Source: a virus (Duplodnaviria > Caudoviricetes). Taken from it: a DNA stretch of 58,537 bases. The notes below the pieces were generated by a model, which worked only from the letters and a program-made list of their open reading frames with translations, was not told the origin of the DNA and did not search any database. Shown one piece after another: positions 1-9,080 of this stretch. Each line of letters begins with the position of its first letter. Position 1 is the stretch's first letter. The stretch covers positions 1-58,537 of IMG/VR virus record IMGVR_UViG_3300045955_000127. The stretch is one strand, 5' to 3'. Both the position numbers and the translations under genes were made by a program.

Positions 1-1
1 A

Positions 2-145
2 GAGGGTTGGCAACCGGCGTGCTTTATCGGAATCACCGATCTTTACGCCACGCTGCCGGAGGAGGCTCCGGAATATCCGGTGATTTGGGCCTGTACGACG
101 AAACAGAAGGCGCATTTTGGGGAAACTCTGGAGGTAAGACTATGA
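2..145 (+). CDS. Partial (5'-truncated) VWA-like/DUF2201 domain protein C-terminus
   Basis: Frame 2 is open from the window edge: EGWQPACFIGITDLYATLPEEAPEYPVIWACTTKQKAHFGETLEVRL*. This matches the 'TDLYxxxPxxxPxYPVxW...FGE' ending typical of DUF2201/VWA-like proteins. The stop overlaps the next ATG (ATGA). Not in the ORF track. Confidence 0.65.
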   Translation, partial: EGWQPACFIGITDLYATLPEEAPEYPVIWACTTKQKAHFGETLEVRL

Positions 146-309
146 CCCTGAGACAGAAATTTGAGAACCTTGCCAATCTTTTCGAGATTGACAAGGAAAA
201 CTTCATGCCGTTGGTCGATAAGGCCATCGCTGATGGGATGACGGAGTACGACTTTGTAAAGTTCGCTGCCGCCTTCGCGGCTAACTGGGCTCTGGAGGTA
301 AAACAATGA
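142..309 (+). CDS. Hypothetical protein (55 aa)
   Basis: GGAGGT SD before ATG142; ATGA coupling at both ends. Confidence 0.7.
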   Translation: MTLRQKFENLANLFEIDKENFMPLVDKAIADGMTEYDFVKFAAAFAANWALEVKQ

Positions 310-578
310 AAGTGAAAGTTTGGGAAGAGCTGCCGGAGGATTCGTTCGCCATGAACTACGACAAAGAAATCAAAGAATTGGAGCAGGCGATCCGCGTCTC
401 GAAGCGCTGCACCGGAAAGCCGCCGCGCGTTCTGATCCGCCGGCTCTCTGTGCTTGAACACATGCGAGAGTGGACCAAGAAAGAGAAGTTAGCGCAGACC
501 AAACTCAAGACGTATCGGCGGAAGTTGCGGGCTTATAAGGCGTGGGATACGATCAAAAGGCGTTCCGCGGGAACTTAG
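306..578 (+). CDS. Hypothetical basic protein
   Basis: GGAGGT SD; ATGA overlap with the previous gene. Confidence 0.7.
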   Translation: MKVKVWEELPEDSFAMNYDKEIKELEQAIRVSKRCTGKPPRVLIRRLSVLEHMREWTKKEKLAQTKLKTYRRKLRAYKAWDTIKRRSAGT

Positions 579-628
579 CACACTGTTCCTCCCGTGGACG
601 GCGAGAGAGTCTCGTCAGCTCTCTCCAG

Positions 629-663
629 GCCGGGCTCCGTTAAGGCCCGGCTTTTCTTTTTTT
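629..663 (+). terminator. Rho-independent terminator between convergent transcription units
   Basis: GCCGGGC-9 nt loop-GCCCGGC followed by TTTTCTTTTTTT; a second hairpin (GAGAGAG..CTCTCTC, 603-625) lies just upstream. Confidence 0.75.
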
Positions 664-957
664 CAAGATACTGGCGAGGATCTCGCTTATGTAGCGATCG
701 AAATCTTTGCCCCTTGTTCGCCTCTCATCGTAGGTCATCAAGGTACTGGAATAAAGGGCTTCCCCCCGGTCTTCCCGGGCTTCCTGGATCCTATATTCCT
801 TCCCGTTTACCTTAACGTTAAACCCCCTGGTGGAATCAAACTGCTGTCGCAATCCAGGCGGGAGATTCTCCAGAATAATGCGTAGGCTCATCTTTGTGGC
901 CTGGAGATCCGACGAGTCGCCAGATTCGCCGGTTGAATTTTCTGGGTCAAAACTCAA
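640..957 (-). CDS. Hypothetical protein
   Basis: ORF coupled to the upstream gene; ends in the terminator hairpin. Confidence 0.5.
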   Translation of the reverse strand: MSFDPENSTGESGDSSDLQATKMSLRIILENLPPGLRQQFDSTRGFNVKVNGKEYRIQEAREDRGEALYSSTLMTYDERRTRGKDFDRYISEILASILKKRKAGP

Positions 958-1367
958 TTTATGAAAAGAGCCTTCGGCGCTTCTAGCGCTCTTGGTAGGT
1001 CGTCAAGGATTTGCTTTCCGATTGTCTTGCCGGACTTGGTGACAAAGTAAGGCAAAAGCAGCTCCCTTATGTCGATCACTCCCGAATCGGCGGCTTCAAA
1101 GATCGCCTTGATGTGGTGATATAGCACCCGCCAGACTCGGCGTTCCTCCTGCTCTTGGGCGGATTGGCTAGATTTCTCCTTGACCGGAACAGCTATCCTG
1201 ATTCCATACGGCCGCCCATCGATCGCCACGCTGGCCTGGAAACCCTCAACCCGCACAGGCTCGCGGGCCGAGCCAAATTGAACATTGGACGCCCCATGCC
1301 CGAGGAGCATTTTTTTGATTTGCCCCTGACTTTTTTCCGGAGCAACGATTGTTTGATTATAAGCCAT
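954..1367 (-). CDS. Phage hypothetical protein
   Basis: Likely start MAYNQ at 1367; protein-like composition (QEERRVWRVLYHHIKA...LLPYFV). Confidence 0.65.
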   Translation of the reverse strand: MAYNQTIVAPEKSQGQIKKMLLGHGASNVQFGSAREPVRVEGFQASVAIDGRPYGIRIAVPVKEKSSQSAQEQEERRVWRVLYHHIKAIFEAADSGVIDIRELLLPYFVTKSGKTIGKQILDDLPRALEAPKALFIN

Positions 1368-1531
1368 CCTGCTCGTGTCCCCCCCTGGAAATAATGTGTT
1401 TCTTGGGCTCCCTACCACAACCTGCACGACGTTATGGGCATAATGGATACTATGGGTAGATTGCCGGAGGCCTGGCATGACTGCAAGTCATAGGACTGAC
1501 GGCTTCAGTTCGATTCATGGGCTTGTAATTC
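1368..1531. other. Candidate attP region
   Basis: Non-coding gap directly downstream of the integrase. Three 9-bp-period direct repeats (TATGGGCA/AATGGATA/TATGGGTA, 1433-1458) and an inverted repeat ATGACT-GCA-AGTCAT (1477-1491). Confidence 0.35.
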
Positions 1532-2776
1532 TTAGCTTTTTTCGCCTTCGGTTTTACTTTTTCGTAAAACCTGCTGCGATTCTGCTAGTGCTTTACCAGC
1601 AGAGAAGACCGCATCCGCCAATCGGCTTGCACTGGCTGATCGCATCTGCGGAATAAAATGGCTATAAACCTGAAGCGTCACGTCCATCCGGGCGTGTCCG
1701 AGCATTGCACTAACATCCGGGATCGGCGTCCCGGCCATCAAATGAATACTGGCACCGGTATGCCGAAGGGCATGAAGTCTTAATCGCCTCACTCCAGAAG
1801 CCTCGCAGGCGTTTTTGTGTGCGTGATAGGCAGCACTTTGGGGGTAGGGCAGACCGTTTGCCCTAGCCAAGACGAGATCGTGCGTCCCTGGCGGATTCTG
1901 TAGCTTCCAGCGGGCCAATAAAGCGACCAGCTGGTCCGGGATGGGCACTATTCGCATTCCGCTTTTGGTTTTGGGCAACCAGAAAACGGGCTTGCCGTCC
2001 CGGTATTTGCCGCCCCAAGACCTCCGGATCGCTATTTCCTTGGTTTCTAGGTCAACATCCGACCACATCAGGCCCAAGATTTCGCCCCTTCGAGCCATCG
2101 TGAGGGCGATAGTGTTGAGGAATACCTCATCGAATCCCGGCTTGGCGCCCTGGAGCAATAGAAACAGCTCCTCGGGTGTGTAGACTTCTTCATGGTGCAC
2201 GGTGAATATGTCATAAGCCCATTCTTCGCCGGGCTCCTTGGGTTGACTGGCCAATCGCGCAGCTGCTTCTACCGGGTTGAACCGCAGCACGCCGAGCGCG
2301 ATCTGCTTGCGGAATATGACCTGCAGCGTGCTCATTACCTTGTTCACGCTCTTACCGGCTAGGCCCATCGTTTTCCAAATATCTCGAGCGTTTTCGACCA
2401 TCCGCGTATCGACGCGATCGGACCGATAATCGCCAAGAACCGGGTTGATGTACTTCTTGACGTGATTTTCCCAGTACAGCAGAGTGGATTCTTTTAGGGG
2501 CCCCCCCATCCTTGATGCGGTGATCTTCTTGGCTTCCAACCATTCAAGGGCAGCTTCTCGAATCAGCGGTGTCTTGCTAGGCAAAAACTGGTTGCGGCCG
2601 ATCTCCTCCAGGCGCTGGCGCAACCGTTGGCGCGCGCCGGCTTCCGTGTCGCATTTGGTCGATTCCACCCGTTCCCTAGATCTATACGGGTAGGCTATGC
2701 TAAAAAATCTTGATTCAGCGATAGACCCGTCTGGCCTACGCCAGCGCCGACGAAAAATTCTGCCTATTCCGCTCAT
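1532..2776 (-). CDS. int: Tyrosine integrase
   Basis: Catalytic motifs MARRGEILGL (R), PKTK (K), HALRH, LGH and LQVYSH (Y); N-terminal arm-binding region; GAGGGAG SD before MSGIG. Confidence 0.95.
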   Translation of the reverse strand: MSGIGRIFRRRWRRPDGSIAESRFFSIAYPYRSRERVESTKCDTEAGARQRLRQRLEEIGRNQFLPSKTPLIREAALEWLEAKKITASRMGGPLKESTLLYWENHVKKYINPVLGDYRSDRVDTRMVENARDIWKTMGLAGKSVNKVMSTLQVIFRKQIALGVLRFNPVEAAARLASQPKEPGEEWAYDIFTVHHEEVYTPEELFLLLQGAKPGFDEVFLNTIALTMARRGEILGLMWSDVDLETKEIAIRRSWGGKYRDGKPVFWLPKTKSGMRIVPIPDQLVALLARWKLQNPPGTHDLVLARANGLPYPQSAAYHAHKNACEASGVRRLRLHALRHTGASIHLMAGTPIPDVSAMLGHARMDVTLQVYSHFIPQMRSASASRLADAVFSAGKALAESQQVLRKSKTEGEKS

Positions 2777-2929
2777 CGGCAATCTCCCTCCTGCCGGATT
2801 ACCGGCCACCCTTTGGTGACCATCCAAAAGCCTATGAAACCATAACGATACTGGCAGAAGAGAAGAGTTGGCGGGTACGGGACGCCTAGTCCCGTTCTGA
2901 AATCCGGAGTTGAGAACGTGTCACTCACT

Positions 2930-2959
2930 GTATTACGTTTTCCGTTTTTCACTTGTCAA
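2930..2959 (-). promoter_or_regulatory. Sigma70-like promoter for int with an operator motif in the spacer
   Basis: Minus strand TTGACA-agtgAAAAACGGAAAACG-TAATAC. Confidence 0.55.
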
Positions 2960-3035
2960 GAAAAAAATAAATGACCCGAGAAAATAAGGGAAATAATCAT
3001 GCCAATGTTACATAGGTAACAAGCGCAATTCCCCC

Positions 3036-3224
3036 TTATTTAGTCTGCTTTATCCATGCCAGCCATCGGTTGCAGTTTCTACAGTATTTCCCTTCGTGTG
3101 GACCTTTCATCTTTGTATAAGTAGCGAACGATCCACATTTGGGGCAAGCGTCTGCCGGATCGTGGTAAATAAATTGTTCCGGCAAAGGCCGTTGACAATA
3201 TGGGCATAGTTCTTTTGCTTTCAC
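3036..3224 (-). CDS. Small zinc-finger protein
   Basis: Three CxxC pairs (CPYC, CPKC, CRNC); GPHEGKYCRNCNRW. Confidence 0.7.
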   Translation of the reverse strand: MKAKELCPYCQRPLPEQFIYHDPADACPKCGSFATYTKMKGPHEGKYCRNCNRWLAWIKQTK

Positions 3225-3475
3225 GACCCCTGCATCTTCAATTTTCTCTCAAGATACTTCTGGATTCCGTTGTACGAGAACCGAATGCACCCGCTTAGCT
3301 CAACGCGGAACGGTAAGTCTTTCCGCATGTACAACAGATTAGGACTAACTTGCAAGAGCTTCGCCGCCTCTTTCGCCTTGAGCAGCCGATCGTCCATCCG
3401 CCCCTCCTTGAGCGCCGCCAGCTCCTCGCGGATCACGGTCCTGATGGTTTCTTTGAGGAAGGATTCGAGGGTCAT
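3221..3475 (-). CDS. Excisionase-like HTH_17/MerR-type DNA-binding protein
   Basis: DRLLKAKEAAKLLQVSPNLLY...LPF...IRF motif. Confidence 0.8.
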   Translation of the reverse strand: MTLESFLKETIRTVIREELAALKEGRMDDRLLKAKEAAKLLQVSPNLLYMRKDLPFRVELSGCIRFSYNGIQKYLERKLKMQGS

Positions 3476-3924
3476 TTCTTCTGTCCGATCATTATCTCCG
3501 CTCTTGGCCGGCCGCCCTTCTCGTGGAAGTTCTTCACGAGGCGCAGCTCACACACCTGTTTATCATCGCAAAAAATAACACCGCTTAAACTGTCCATTAA
3601 ACTTTTGGCGAGATTTTCTATATCGGGCTTCGATGTGCATGGGATATCGCCTTCGGGATCTTTCTTCCGGCAAAGCGATTGTGGACGCGGGAGATAAAAA
3701 GCGACGATCATCCAGACCGGGCCATCCCATTGAACCGAATCCCCGGGGTAGCGTTCATACCATGCCTTTATTGCGGCAGTCTTCACGTCACTCTTCCACT
3801 GAGTTACCGGGTGTTTCTTGGGGGTGTAATTATGGACCCACGCGCGACCGTCAGCGGCGTTCATAAGGCTATGTCTCTGACGAGGCTGCGCGACCGGACT
3901 TCCGAATACCGTAAATTGAATCAT
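3472..3924 (-). CDS. rusA: RusA family Holliday junction resolvase
   Basis: FYLPRP, KPDIENLAKSLMDSLSG and DDKQV motifs. Confidence 0.92.
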   Translation of the reverse strand: MIQFTVFGSPVAQPRQRHSLMNAADGRAWVHNYTPKKHPVTQWKSDVKTAAIKAWYERYPGDSVQWDGPVWMIVAFYLPRPQSLCRKKDPEGDIPCTSKPDIENLAKSLMDSLSGVIFCDDKQVCELRLVKNFHEKGGRPRAEIMIGQKK

Positions 3925-4013
3925 AGGCTTATTAACCAGCTCATCGTAAATCCAGTCAGGATCGCCCCAAGCCAGATGCCAAGACAGAGATAGGCCACGT
4001 AGTACCAGATCAT
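3921..4013 (-). CDS. Small single-TM peptide (30 aa)
   Basis: MIWYYVAYLCLGIWLGAILTGFTMSWLISL*; ATGA overlaps at both ends exactly fill the gap. Confidence 0.55.
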   Translation of the reverse strand: MIWYYVAYLCLGIWLGAILTGFTMSWLISL

Positions 4014-4354
4014 TCGAACAAATCTCCGATCGCTATTTTAGCGCGGCGCTTTTCGAGTGCATGTTTCTTATGCAGAGGAACATCGACTCGAAGGTGACAA
4101 CGGTTACACATGGCTTTTAGGTGGTTGAGATCGCCGCATAGCGGATCGCAATTACAAAGATGGGCGGTCGTCAAAATGATCTTCCCCTTTGCCCATTTCG
4201 GAGCGCGCCACTGCTTTTCCTCGCAACGACGCGGGCCTGGATTCGTTCGATGAAGCCCACATTCTCCAGTACATTCACATTGTCCTTCAGCTCGAATGAA
4301 CCTTACGAAGTAGCTGATGTATTTCCAGTTGGATGGGTATCGTGTATCGGGCAT
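4010..4354 (-). CDS. HNH-like Zn-binding phage protein
   Basis: YPSNWKYIS...CEC...LTTAHL...HLKAMCNRCHL pattern. Confidence 0.7.
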   Translation of the reverse strand: MPDTRYPSNWKYISYFVRFIRAEGQCECTGECGLHRTNPGPRRCEEKQWRAPKWAKGKIILTTAHLCNCDPLCGDLNHLKAMCNRCHLRVDVPLHKKHALEKRRAKIAIGDLFE

Positions 4355-4363
4355 CGTCGCCGC

Positions 4364-4642
4364 TTAATCGTCGGCTTCTGAATCGTCCTTATCGTTGGCT
4401 GCAATCGACACTTTCTCCTTGCCTCTAGTGATCTTGAGTCTCACCGCGGGCTCTTCGGAATCGTCGACGTAGACATCCAGCCCGTGAAGATGCAAGAGCG
4501 CGAGACATTTCTTCTCGGCATCCTGCTCCTTTTTTTGCTCCGACATGCGGGCTTCGCGATGTTCGCGGAGTTCCCTGCCGGCTTTGGTGAGTTCTTCGTT
4601 GTACTCGATTACGCCGTTTAAGGGTTCTTGTCTTTGAGTCAT
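4364..4642 (-). CDS. Hypothetical protein
   Basis: GGAGG SD; ATGA coupling. Confidence 0.65.
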   Translation of the reverse strand: MTQRQEPLNGVIEYNEELTKAGRELREHREARMSEQKKEQDAEKKCLALLHLHGLDVYVDDSEEPAVRLKITRGKEKVSIAANDKDDSEADD

Positions 4643-5319
4643 TCGAATAGTCCTCCCTGTTTGTGTCTGTGGACTCCGGTTGTGTACATTTTCGGGTCAA
4701 CTTCGCAGGTGTCGTATTTGAGATTCAATTCCCTGCAAGCTACGCCGGTTGTGTCTGAGCCGGCGAAAGGGTCGATCACATATTCGCCTTCGTCGAAACA
4801 GTCGCGTAGAATCTCGACGACATTGCGATAAGGCCGGGCACATGGATGAACAGTATCCGGTTCTCCGCGTGACGATGATTGATAAATTGCTCTGATTCTC
4901 CGCTTGCCCTTTCGAGCCATTGGCCATCCGGCACCTGCGGGGGCGTAGTAAACGATTGGATCAAGTAGCATCTCAAAACCGGCCATGTAGCGCGGGGGCC
5001 ACCAAGCCACAAAGAATAGTGACCGATATTCGAGGGCATCTATAGCCTTCAGCGCTGGGCCGAGCGATGTCATCCCCAACCAGATAAAGCACCGACCGGA
5101 AGTCGGATGGAGCACCCTGGCCGCTTCATCGGCCATGCTCTTCAAAAGCGTCAACCAGTTCGTACCGCCGACCAATTGTACCCCCCTCGCCCGGTCAAAG
5201 CCCTTTTTGGCGTGATAAGCTCCCCGCATTCGCCATGGAGGATCGGTGAAAATGCCGTCGACGCTTCCATCTGGCAGCGACTTCATGAATTCAATCCCGT
5301 CAGCCAGGCGGTAGCTCAT
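4639..5319 (-). CDS. DNA N6-adenine/N4-cytosine methyltransferase (beta class)
   Basis: Catalytic DPPW precedes the SAM motif DPFAGSDTT; HPCARP motif. Confidence 0.88.
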   Translation of the reverse strand: MSYRLADGIEFMKSLPDGSVDGIFTDPPWRMRGAYHAKKGFDRARGVQLVGGTNWLTLLKSMADEAARVLHPTSGRCFIWLGMTSLGPALKAIDALEYRSLFFVAWWPPRYMAGFEMLLDPIVYYAPAGAGWPMARKGKRRIRAIYQSSSRGEPDTVHPCARPYRNVVEILRDCFDEGEYVIDPFAGSDTTGVACRELNLKYDTCEVDPKMYTTGVHRHKQGGLFE

Positions 5320-5573
5320 GCCGCCCTAATCCCCTGCTGAAACTCCACGCCCGTCGCGCTCATCCTTCGCCCGCGCTTTTCTTTCCCCACCGTCCTGCCT
5401 CCCCTTCCCTGGCGTCTGGGCTTGGGCACGACATCGGGATGCTTCAGGGCATGGTGAAGAGGGAAATGCTCCGCCGGCATCTTGGCGTTTCCGGGACACG
5501 TCGGACAGATCACGCACTCAATTTCTTGGCCGTCGACCACTATGGTCGCAACATCAAATAGGACTTTGCTCAT
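5316..5573 (-). CDS. Hypothetical protein, possible C2H2 zinc finger
   Basis: CPTC...HHALKH; basic tail. Confidence 0.55.
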   Translation of the reverse strand: MSKVLFDVATIVVDGQEIECVICPTCPGNAKMPAEHFPLHHALKHPDVVPKPRRQGRGGRTVGKEKRGRRMSATGVEFQQGIRAA

Positions 5574-5736
5574 TTCCCCTCCTTGAATAATCTAAAAGAG
5601 CCTGGCGATTAAACCGCCAGCTCTTGCTGATCTTAACCGCTGGAATTTCGCCTGCCTTGGCCAGCTTGTAAATCGTTTTTAGGTTGAACTTGAGTAGCTT
5701 GGCCGCTTCGGCTGGGGTTAGAATTTCGTCTTCCAT
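5554..5736 (-). CDS. Excisionase-like HTH_17 protein
   Basis: ILTPAEAAKLLKFNLKTIYKLAKAGEIPAVKISKSWRF is a canonical motif. Confidence 0.9.
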   Translation of the reverse strand: MEDEILTPAEAAKLLKFNLKTIYKLAKAGEIPAVKISKSWRFNRQALLDYSRRGNEQSPI

Positions 5737-5739
5737 GGT

Positions 5740-6417
5740 TTATCCTTTCTGTACCGGAGTTCGAGTAGACCAGATTTTCACTCCGGGGTATAACCATTTC
5801 ACACCCTTTTTGTCGGGCTCCACCGAATCAAAGAGCGCGTGCGTCTGTTTGTTGATGAATCCTTTGTTGAAATCGATTGCTCCGATCGGCGCCTTCCCTT
5901 CGGCCACGGCCTTCACCAAAGCTTTCAGATCCTCGACTGCGTAGTGCTTGGTTTCAGTGTAGTGTAGCCCCTCGATCTTAGGAGTTGTCTTCGCGACGAC
6001 CGTAGGCTCGGGCGGTGCCTGCTCAATCTTCTTGGCCGCCTCTTCCGCTCCCAGTTCCCGGGCGACCGCTGCTGCTGCGGCTTTCTCCTCTTCCGCTTTA
6101 CGATCCGCTTCCCGCTGTTCCTGCTGGCGTCGGGCCTCCATCTGGCTGTCGTAGTACGCCATCAACTTGCCGATGCGGTCGTAGACCGTTTGCAAAGGCT
6201 CGGTAAATTTCTTTAAGTCTGCAAGCAGGCTTCGGTGATGACGGTAAGCTTCGTCTACGCGGGGCCGATAGAGCCCTTCGAAATACTCAATGGCAGACTT
6301 TACGAGAACGCGCTTCCCTGCCGCAGCCTCGTAGCTTTGCGCATCGGTCACGTTAAGCTTGCTACATTGCGCGACAAGCGCCATGGTTTCAGTTTCGTTC
6401 AATGCGGTGTCTTCCAT
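5740..6417 (-). CDS. Coiled-coil protein of the recombination module
   Basis: Helical, EA/KA-rich, C-terminal PGVKIW; adjacent to the nuclease and RecT. Confidence 0.7.
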   Translation of the reverse strand: MEDTALNETETMALVAQCSKLNVTDAQSYEAAAGKRVLVKSAIEYFEGLYRPRVDEAYRHHRSLLADLKKFTEPLQTVYDRIGKLMAYYDSQMEARRQQEQREADRKAEEEKAAAAAVARELGAEEAAKKIEQAPPEPTVVAKTTPKIEGLHYTETKHYAVEDLKALVKAVAEGKAPIGAIDFNKGFINKQTHALFDSVEPDKKGVKWLYPGVKIWSTRTPVQKG

Positions 6418-7013
6418 CAGTTCTCCATCCAGGTTTTTAGATTTTGTCGATACCTGTCTAATTCCAGATTGGCGTCATAGAGCCTCTTTGCGGAGAGAAA
6501 CGCATTCCAGTCCGCGCTATCATCTTCGGGCCTGTGCTCGTCGAGCTTGGCGATCGAGCCGTCTTTCTGCAAATAAAGCGACCCGCGGCGCTGGACCCAG
6601 ACCCTGTCGTCCTGCTCGTTGGCCGCGACTTTATACGAGATCGTTTGCAACCTGTGCCACTTGTATTTCCCGCCAGTTTTGCTGTCGAGCAACCACACAT
6701 TGCCGTCGAGAACATCGGGATGGCAGATATAACCGTGGCGTTTGCTCGTGTATTCCGGCTGGATTGCTTCCGCCTTGAATCCCGTGGCATGAAGCCACAG
6801 CTCCAGGCTGATCAAGTACGGCATCACTCTTCCGTCTACGCTTTCCAGGTCCGCGAGTTTGTGGCCTTGGAAGAGAAACCGACACCCGATATCCACCGCA
6901 GTCCCGATCGCGAGGTAGTCGCCCTCTTTGTACCGGGGAGTAATATTTGCAGCAGCTATAATATCGGTGACTCTAGGCAATCTATCCCTAAGTTTCTCGG
7001 CGTCTAAGATCAT
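6417..7013 (-). CDS. PD-(D/E)XK (Cas4-like/RecE-type) exonuclease
   Basis: PRVTDII, GTAVD, GYICHPD, LLDSKTG and QTISY motifs; next to RecT. Confidence 0.8.
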   Translation of the reverse strand: MILDAEKLRDRLPRVTDIIAAANITPRYKEGDYLAIGTAVDIGCRFLFQGHKLADLESVDGRVMPYLISLELWLHATGFKAEAIQPEYTSKRHGYICHPDVLDGNVWLLDSKTGGKYKWHRLQTISYKVAANEQDDRVWVQRRGSLYLQKDGSIAKLDEHRPEDDSADWNAFLSAKRLYDANLELDRYRQNLKTWMEN

Positions 7014-8028
7014 ACTTTTTACACAGCTCCGCTTGGTCATTGACATCTAATTTCGACAACGAGAATGATAAAAAGTTTGGACGAGAGTTCAGCTCGTCTT
7101 TATCGGCGTTCTCGATCCATAACTCGACTCGTTTGTTTAGCGGTAGATCTTTGTTCTCCCACGGCTTTGCAAGAGTTGGCGTCTTTGGCGCTTCAGGTCC
7201 AGTTCCTTCCGCTGGAAGTGAATTATTATCTCCTGCATCCTGCGGATTTCCGCCCCCAGATCCGCCGCCAACTGCCGGTTGCTGCGCGGGACCGACATCG
7301 TGCGACCCGCTATCTGTTTCTTGCTGAGCATCGGCTTCCCCCTTTGGTTTGTTCTTTGAGCCGACGGGTCGGCCTTTGCGTTTCTCTTCGGCTTGTTCTT
7401 GCGGTTTGAGTTGCGGGATGGCGATCGGTTTTTCCTCTTCGCGGCGAACATCGGCAGGATCGATATCGACATCCCGTGCGATCGCGGCAGGGATAAGCCC
7501 CTTCGTTGCTTCTGGTAAAGCTGCGCTACCGGCGAGATGCCGAGCGCGCCACATGAGCATGATCGCCGGATAGTTTTGCCATACGCCCGCCTTGCCCCAC
7601 AGGCCCGCCTTTTCTGCCATTTCGCGCGTGTATTTTCGGGTGATCGGCCGCGGATTTCCCCGGCGCTTGATAGTGACTTGGGCATAGCCTTTCTGCAAAA
7701 TCTCGCTGGGGTCTACGTCATCGTTCGCCCACTCGCAAAGCGGATGCGCGAGGATAATCGCCCAATACCCATCACCGAAAACACTTGGCCGCCCATTGAT
7801 CACGCAGATGGATTGCAGCGAAGCCATCGGGGGGAGCCCCACTTCATGGCCGTACTGAATCGCGGCCAGGACTGCGCCGCCATTACCAGCAAAATCTTTA
7901 GGGACAAAACTGGTCTTGGCGAGCATATTCGAAAAGTTTACGAGCTGTTCCCATGTAGTAGGGCGAAATGCTACGGCATTAGGATCAACTCCTATACCAG
8001 CCTCGCGCGTACTTTGTTCTTCAGCCAT
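6988..8028 (-). CDS. recT: RecT/Redbeta-like ssDNA annealing protein
   Basis: [31 protein letters not shown] and [13 protein letters not shown] motifs; AAGGAGG SD before MAEEQ. Confidence 0.85.
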   Translation of the reverse strand: MAEEQSTREAGIGVDPNAVAFRPTTWEQLVNFSNMLAKTSFVPKDFAGNGGAVLAAIQYGHEVGLPPMASLQSICVINGRPSVFGDGYWAIILAHPLCEWANDDVDPSEILQKGYAQVTIKRRGNPRPITRKYTREMAEKAGLWGKAGVWQNYPAIMLMWRARHLAGSAALPEATKGLIPAAIARDVDIDPADVRREEEKPIAIPQLKPQEQAEEKRKGRPVGSKNKPKGEADAQQETDSGSHDVGPAQQPAVGGGSGGGNPQDAGDNNSLPAEGTGPEAPKTPTLAKPWENKDLPLNKRVELWIENADKDELNSRPNFLSFSLSKLDVNDQAELCKKYDLRRRET

Positions 8029-8461
8029 TGATAGCCTCCTTCTTTCGTTGATCACATTTCCTTCTTGCGTCGCGTCGACAAACTCTACAACCCCGCTGTC
8101 CATTGGAAGGCCGGATATAAAGATTATGACCTTCGTAAGGGTGACCTTGGGGGCAATGTGTGCGGCTTGCATTTCTGGCATTCCACGTATTTCCGCGCAA
8201 CAGGTTGACTCGATACGGGACAGGTTCTAAGTGCCAAGGGTTTACGCACCACCGACTGCGGCACAAATGATCCAAGATCAGGCGTCCCGGAATACTGCCG
8301 CGGTACAATTCGTATCCCGCTCTATGTGCTTGTCGAGTTTCTCTGTGAGTCCAGGCGAAACAACCGTATCCAGTGCTTGGCCAGATATAACCGAGCCAGA
8401 TCCAACAACCGCTCATCGGTTCAGGCATGCAAAGATTATCGAAGCGTTCCAGTCGAGTCAT
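8021..8461 (-). CDS. HNH endonuclease with C-terminal Zn ribbon
   Basis: [24 protein letters not shown] and THCPQGH...CRVC motifs. Confidence 0.9.
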   Translation of the reverse strand: MTRLERFDNLCMPEPMSGCWIWLGYIWPSTGYGCFAWTHRETRQAHRAGYELYRGSIPGRLILDHLCRSRWCVNPWHLEPVPYRVNLLRGNTWNARNASRTHCPQGHPYEGHNLYIRPSNGQRGCRVCRRDARRKCDQRKKEAING

Positions 8462-8625
8462 TTCCAAAGATTTCGAATTATTGGCGTTGCTTTCATCAGG
8501 GCGTTGAGCGCAGCGCTTCGGATCTTCCGAAATGCCCTATCGTCGCCGTACATCTCCTTGGCTGTCTCTGCTCTACGGTGTGCGCGGCGGAAGCGCTCTT
8601 GAGCCAGGTCAACGATCTTGTTCAC
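8458..8625 (-). CDS. Small hypothetical protein (55 aa)
   Basis: GTG start after GAGGA; stop overlaps the HNH ATG; below the ORF-track cutoff. Confidence 0.5.
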   Translation of the reverse strand: MNKIVDLAQERFRRAHRRAETAKEMYGDDRAFRKIRSAALNALMKATPIIRNLWK

Positions 8626-8773
8626 TTTCAATCCTCTTCAATTCCGCGAGGCGCTTTCTAAGAAAAGTTTCCTTCGGCCACTCTCTGCGTATTTGCGGCT
8701 CGGGCGGCTCGACATACGGAGCGCCGTTGATCTTTGAAAGAATAAAAACCCGCTCCCAATCTTTACGCTTCAC
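8609..8773 (-). CDS. Small hypothetical protein (54 aa)
   Basis: GGAGG SD; GTGA overlap with the cro-like stop. Confidence 0.5.
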   Translation of the reverse strand: MKRKDWERVFILSKINGAPYVEPPEPQIRREWPKETFLRKRLAELKRIESEQDR

Positions 8774-8967
8774 ATCGCCCTCCATATTTCGACTGTTTTA
8801 GAAATCATCGCGTAATGCACTTGCCACTCTCCCGACATCTTCATTCTGCTAATCATGTTTTGCGTGGCACCGAGTTCTGCCGCTAATTGTTCCTGCGTCC
8901 AGCCCTTCGCGGCTAAGATATCGTCAACCAGCTCCCGAAGTGCGGCAGGTTGCTTTTTGTTTGCCAT
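8770..8967 (-). CDS. Cro-like XRE HTH regulator
   Basis: GWTQEQLAAELGATQNMISR helix-turn-helix; divergent from the CI-like gene. Confidence 0.8.
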   Translation of the reverse strand: MANKKQPAALRELVDDILAAKGWTQEQLAAELGATQNMISRMKMSGEWQVHYAMISKTVEIWRAM

Positions 8968-9020
8968 TGTGCGAATCTCCTTTGGCGCTTACCGCTACCG
9001 TGATAACAGTATGCGATACA

Positions 9021-9050
9021 CGTATAACAGGAAACGTAAAACGGAGTCAA
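9021..9050 (-). promoter_or_regulatory. Leftward early promoter with operator motif
   Basis: Minus strand TTGACT-CCGTTTTACGTTTCCTG-TTATACG upstream of the cro-like gene. Confidence 0.6.
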
Positions 9051-9080
9051 GACCAAAATGTGACAAAGGGAGAAAATTAT

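Noticed and set aside
7-309. 100-aa ORF from TTG7
   Set aside because: The 5' part overlaps the better VWA-like frame; the SD supports ATG142.
1470-1525. tRNA-Cys-like gene (CTGCAAG loop, GTTCGATTC)
   Set aside because: The T-stem and acceptor stem do not pair; kept only as a possible att feature.
2864-2900. tRNA 3'-end-like sequence on the minus strand (...TCCCGTACCCGCCA)
   Set aside because: The hairpin loop is CTAGGCG, not a TTCRA T-loop, and there is no cloverleaf.
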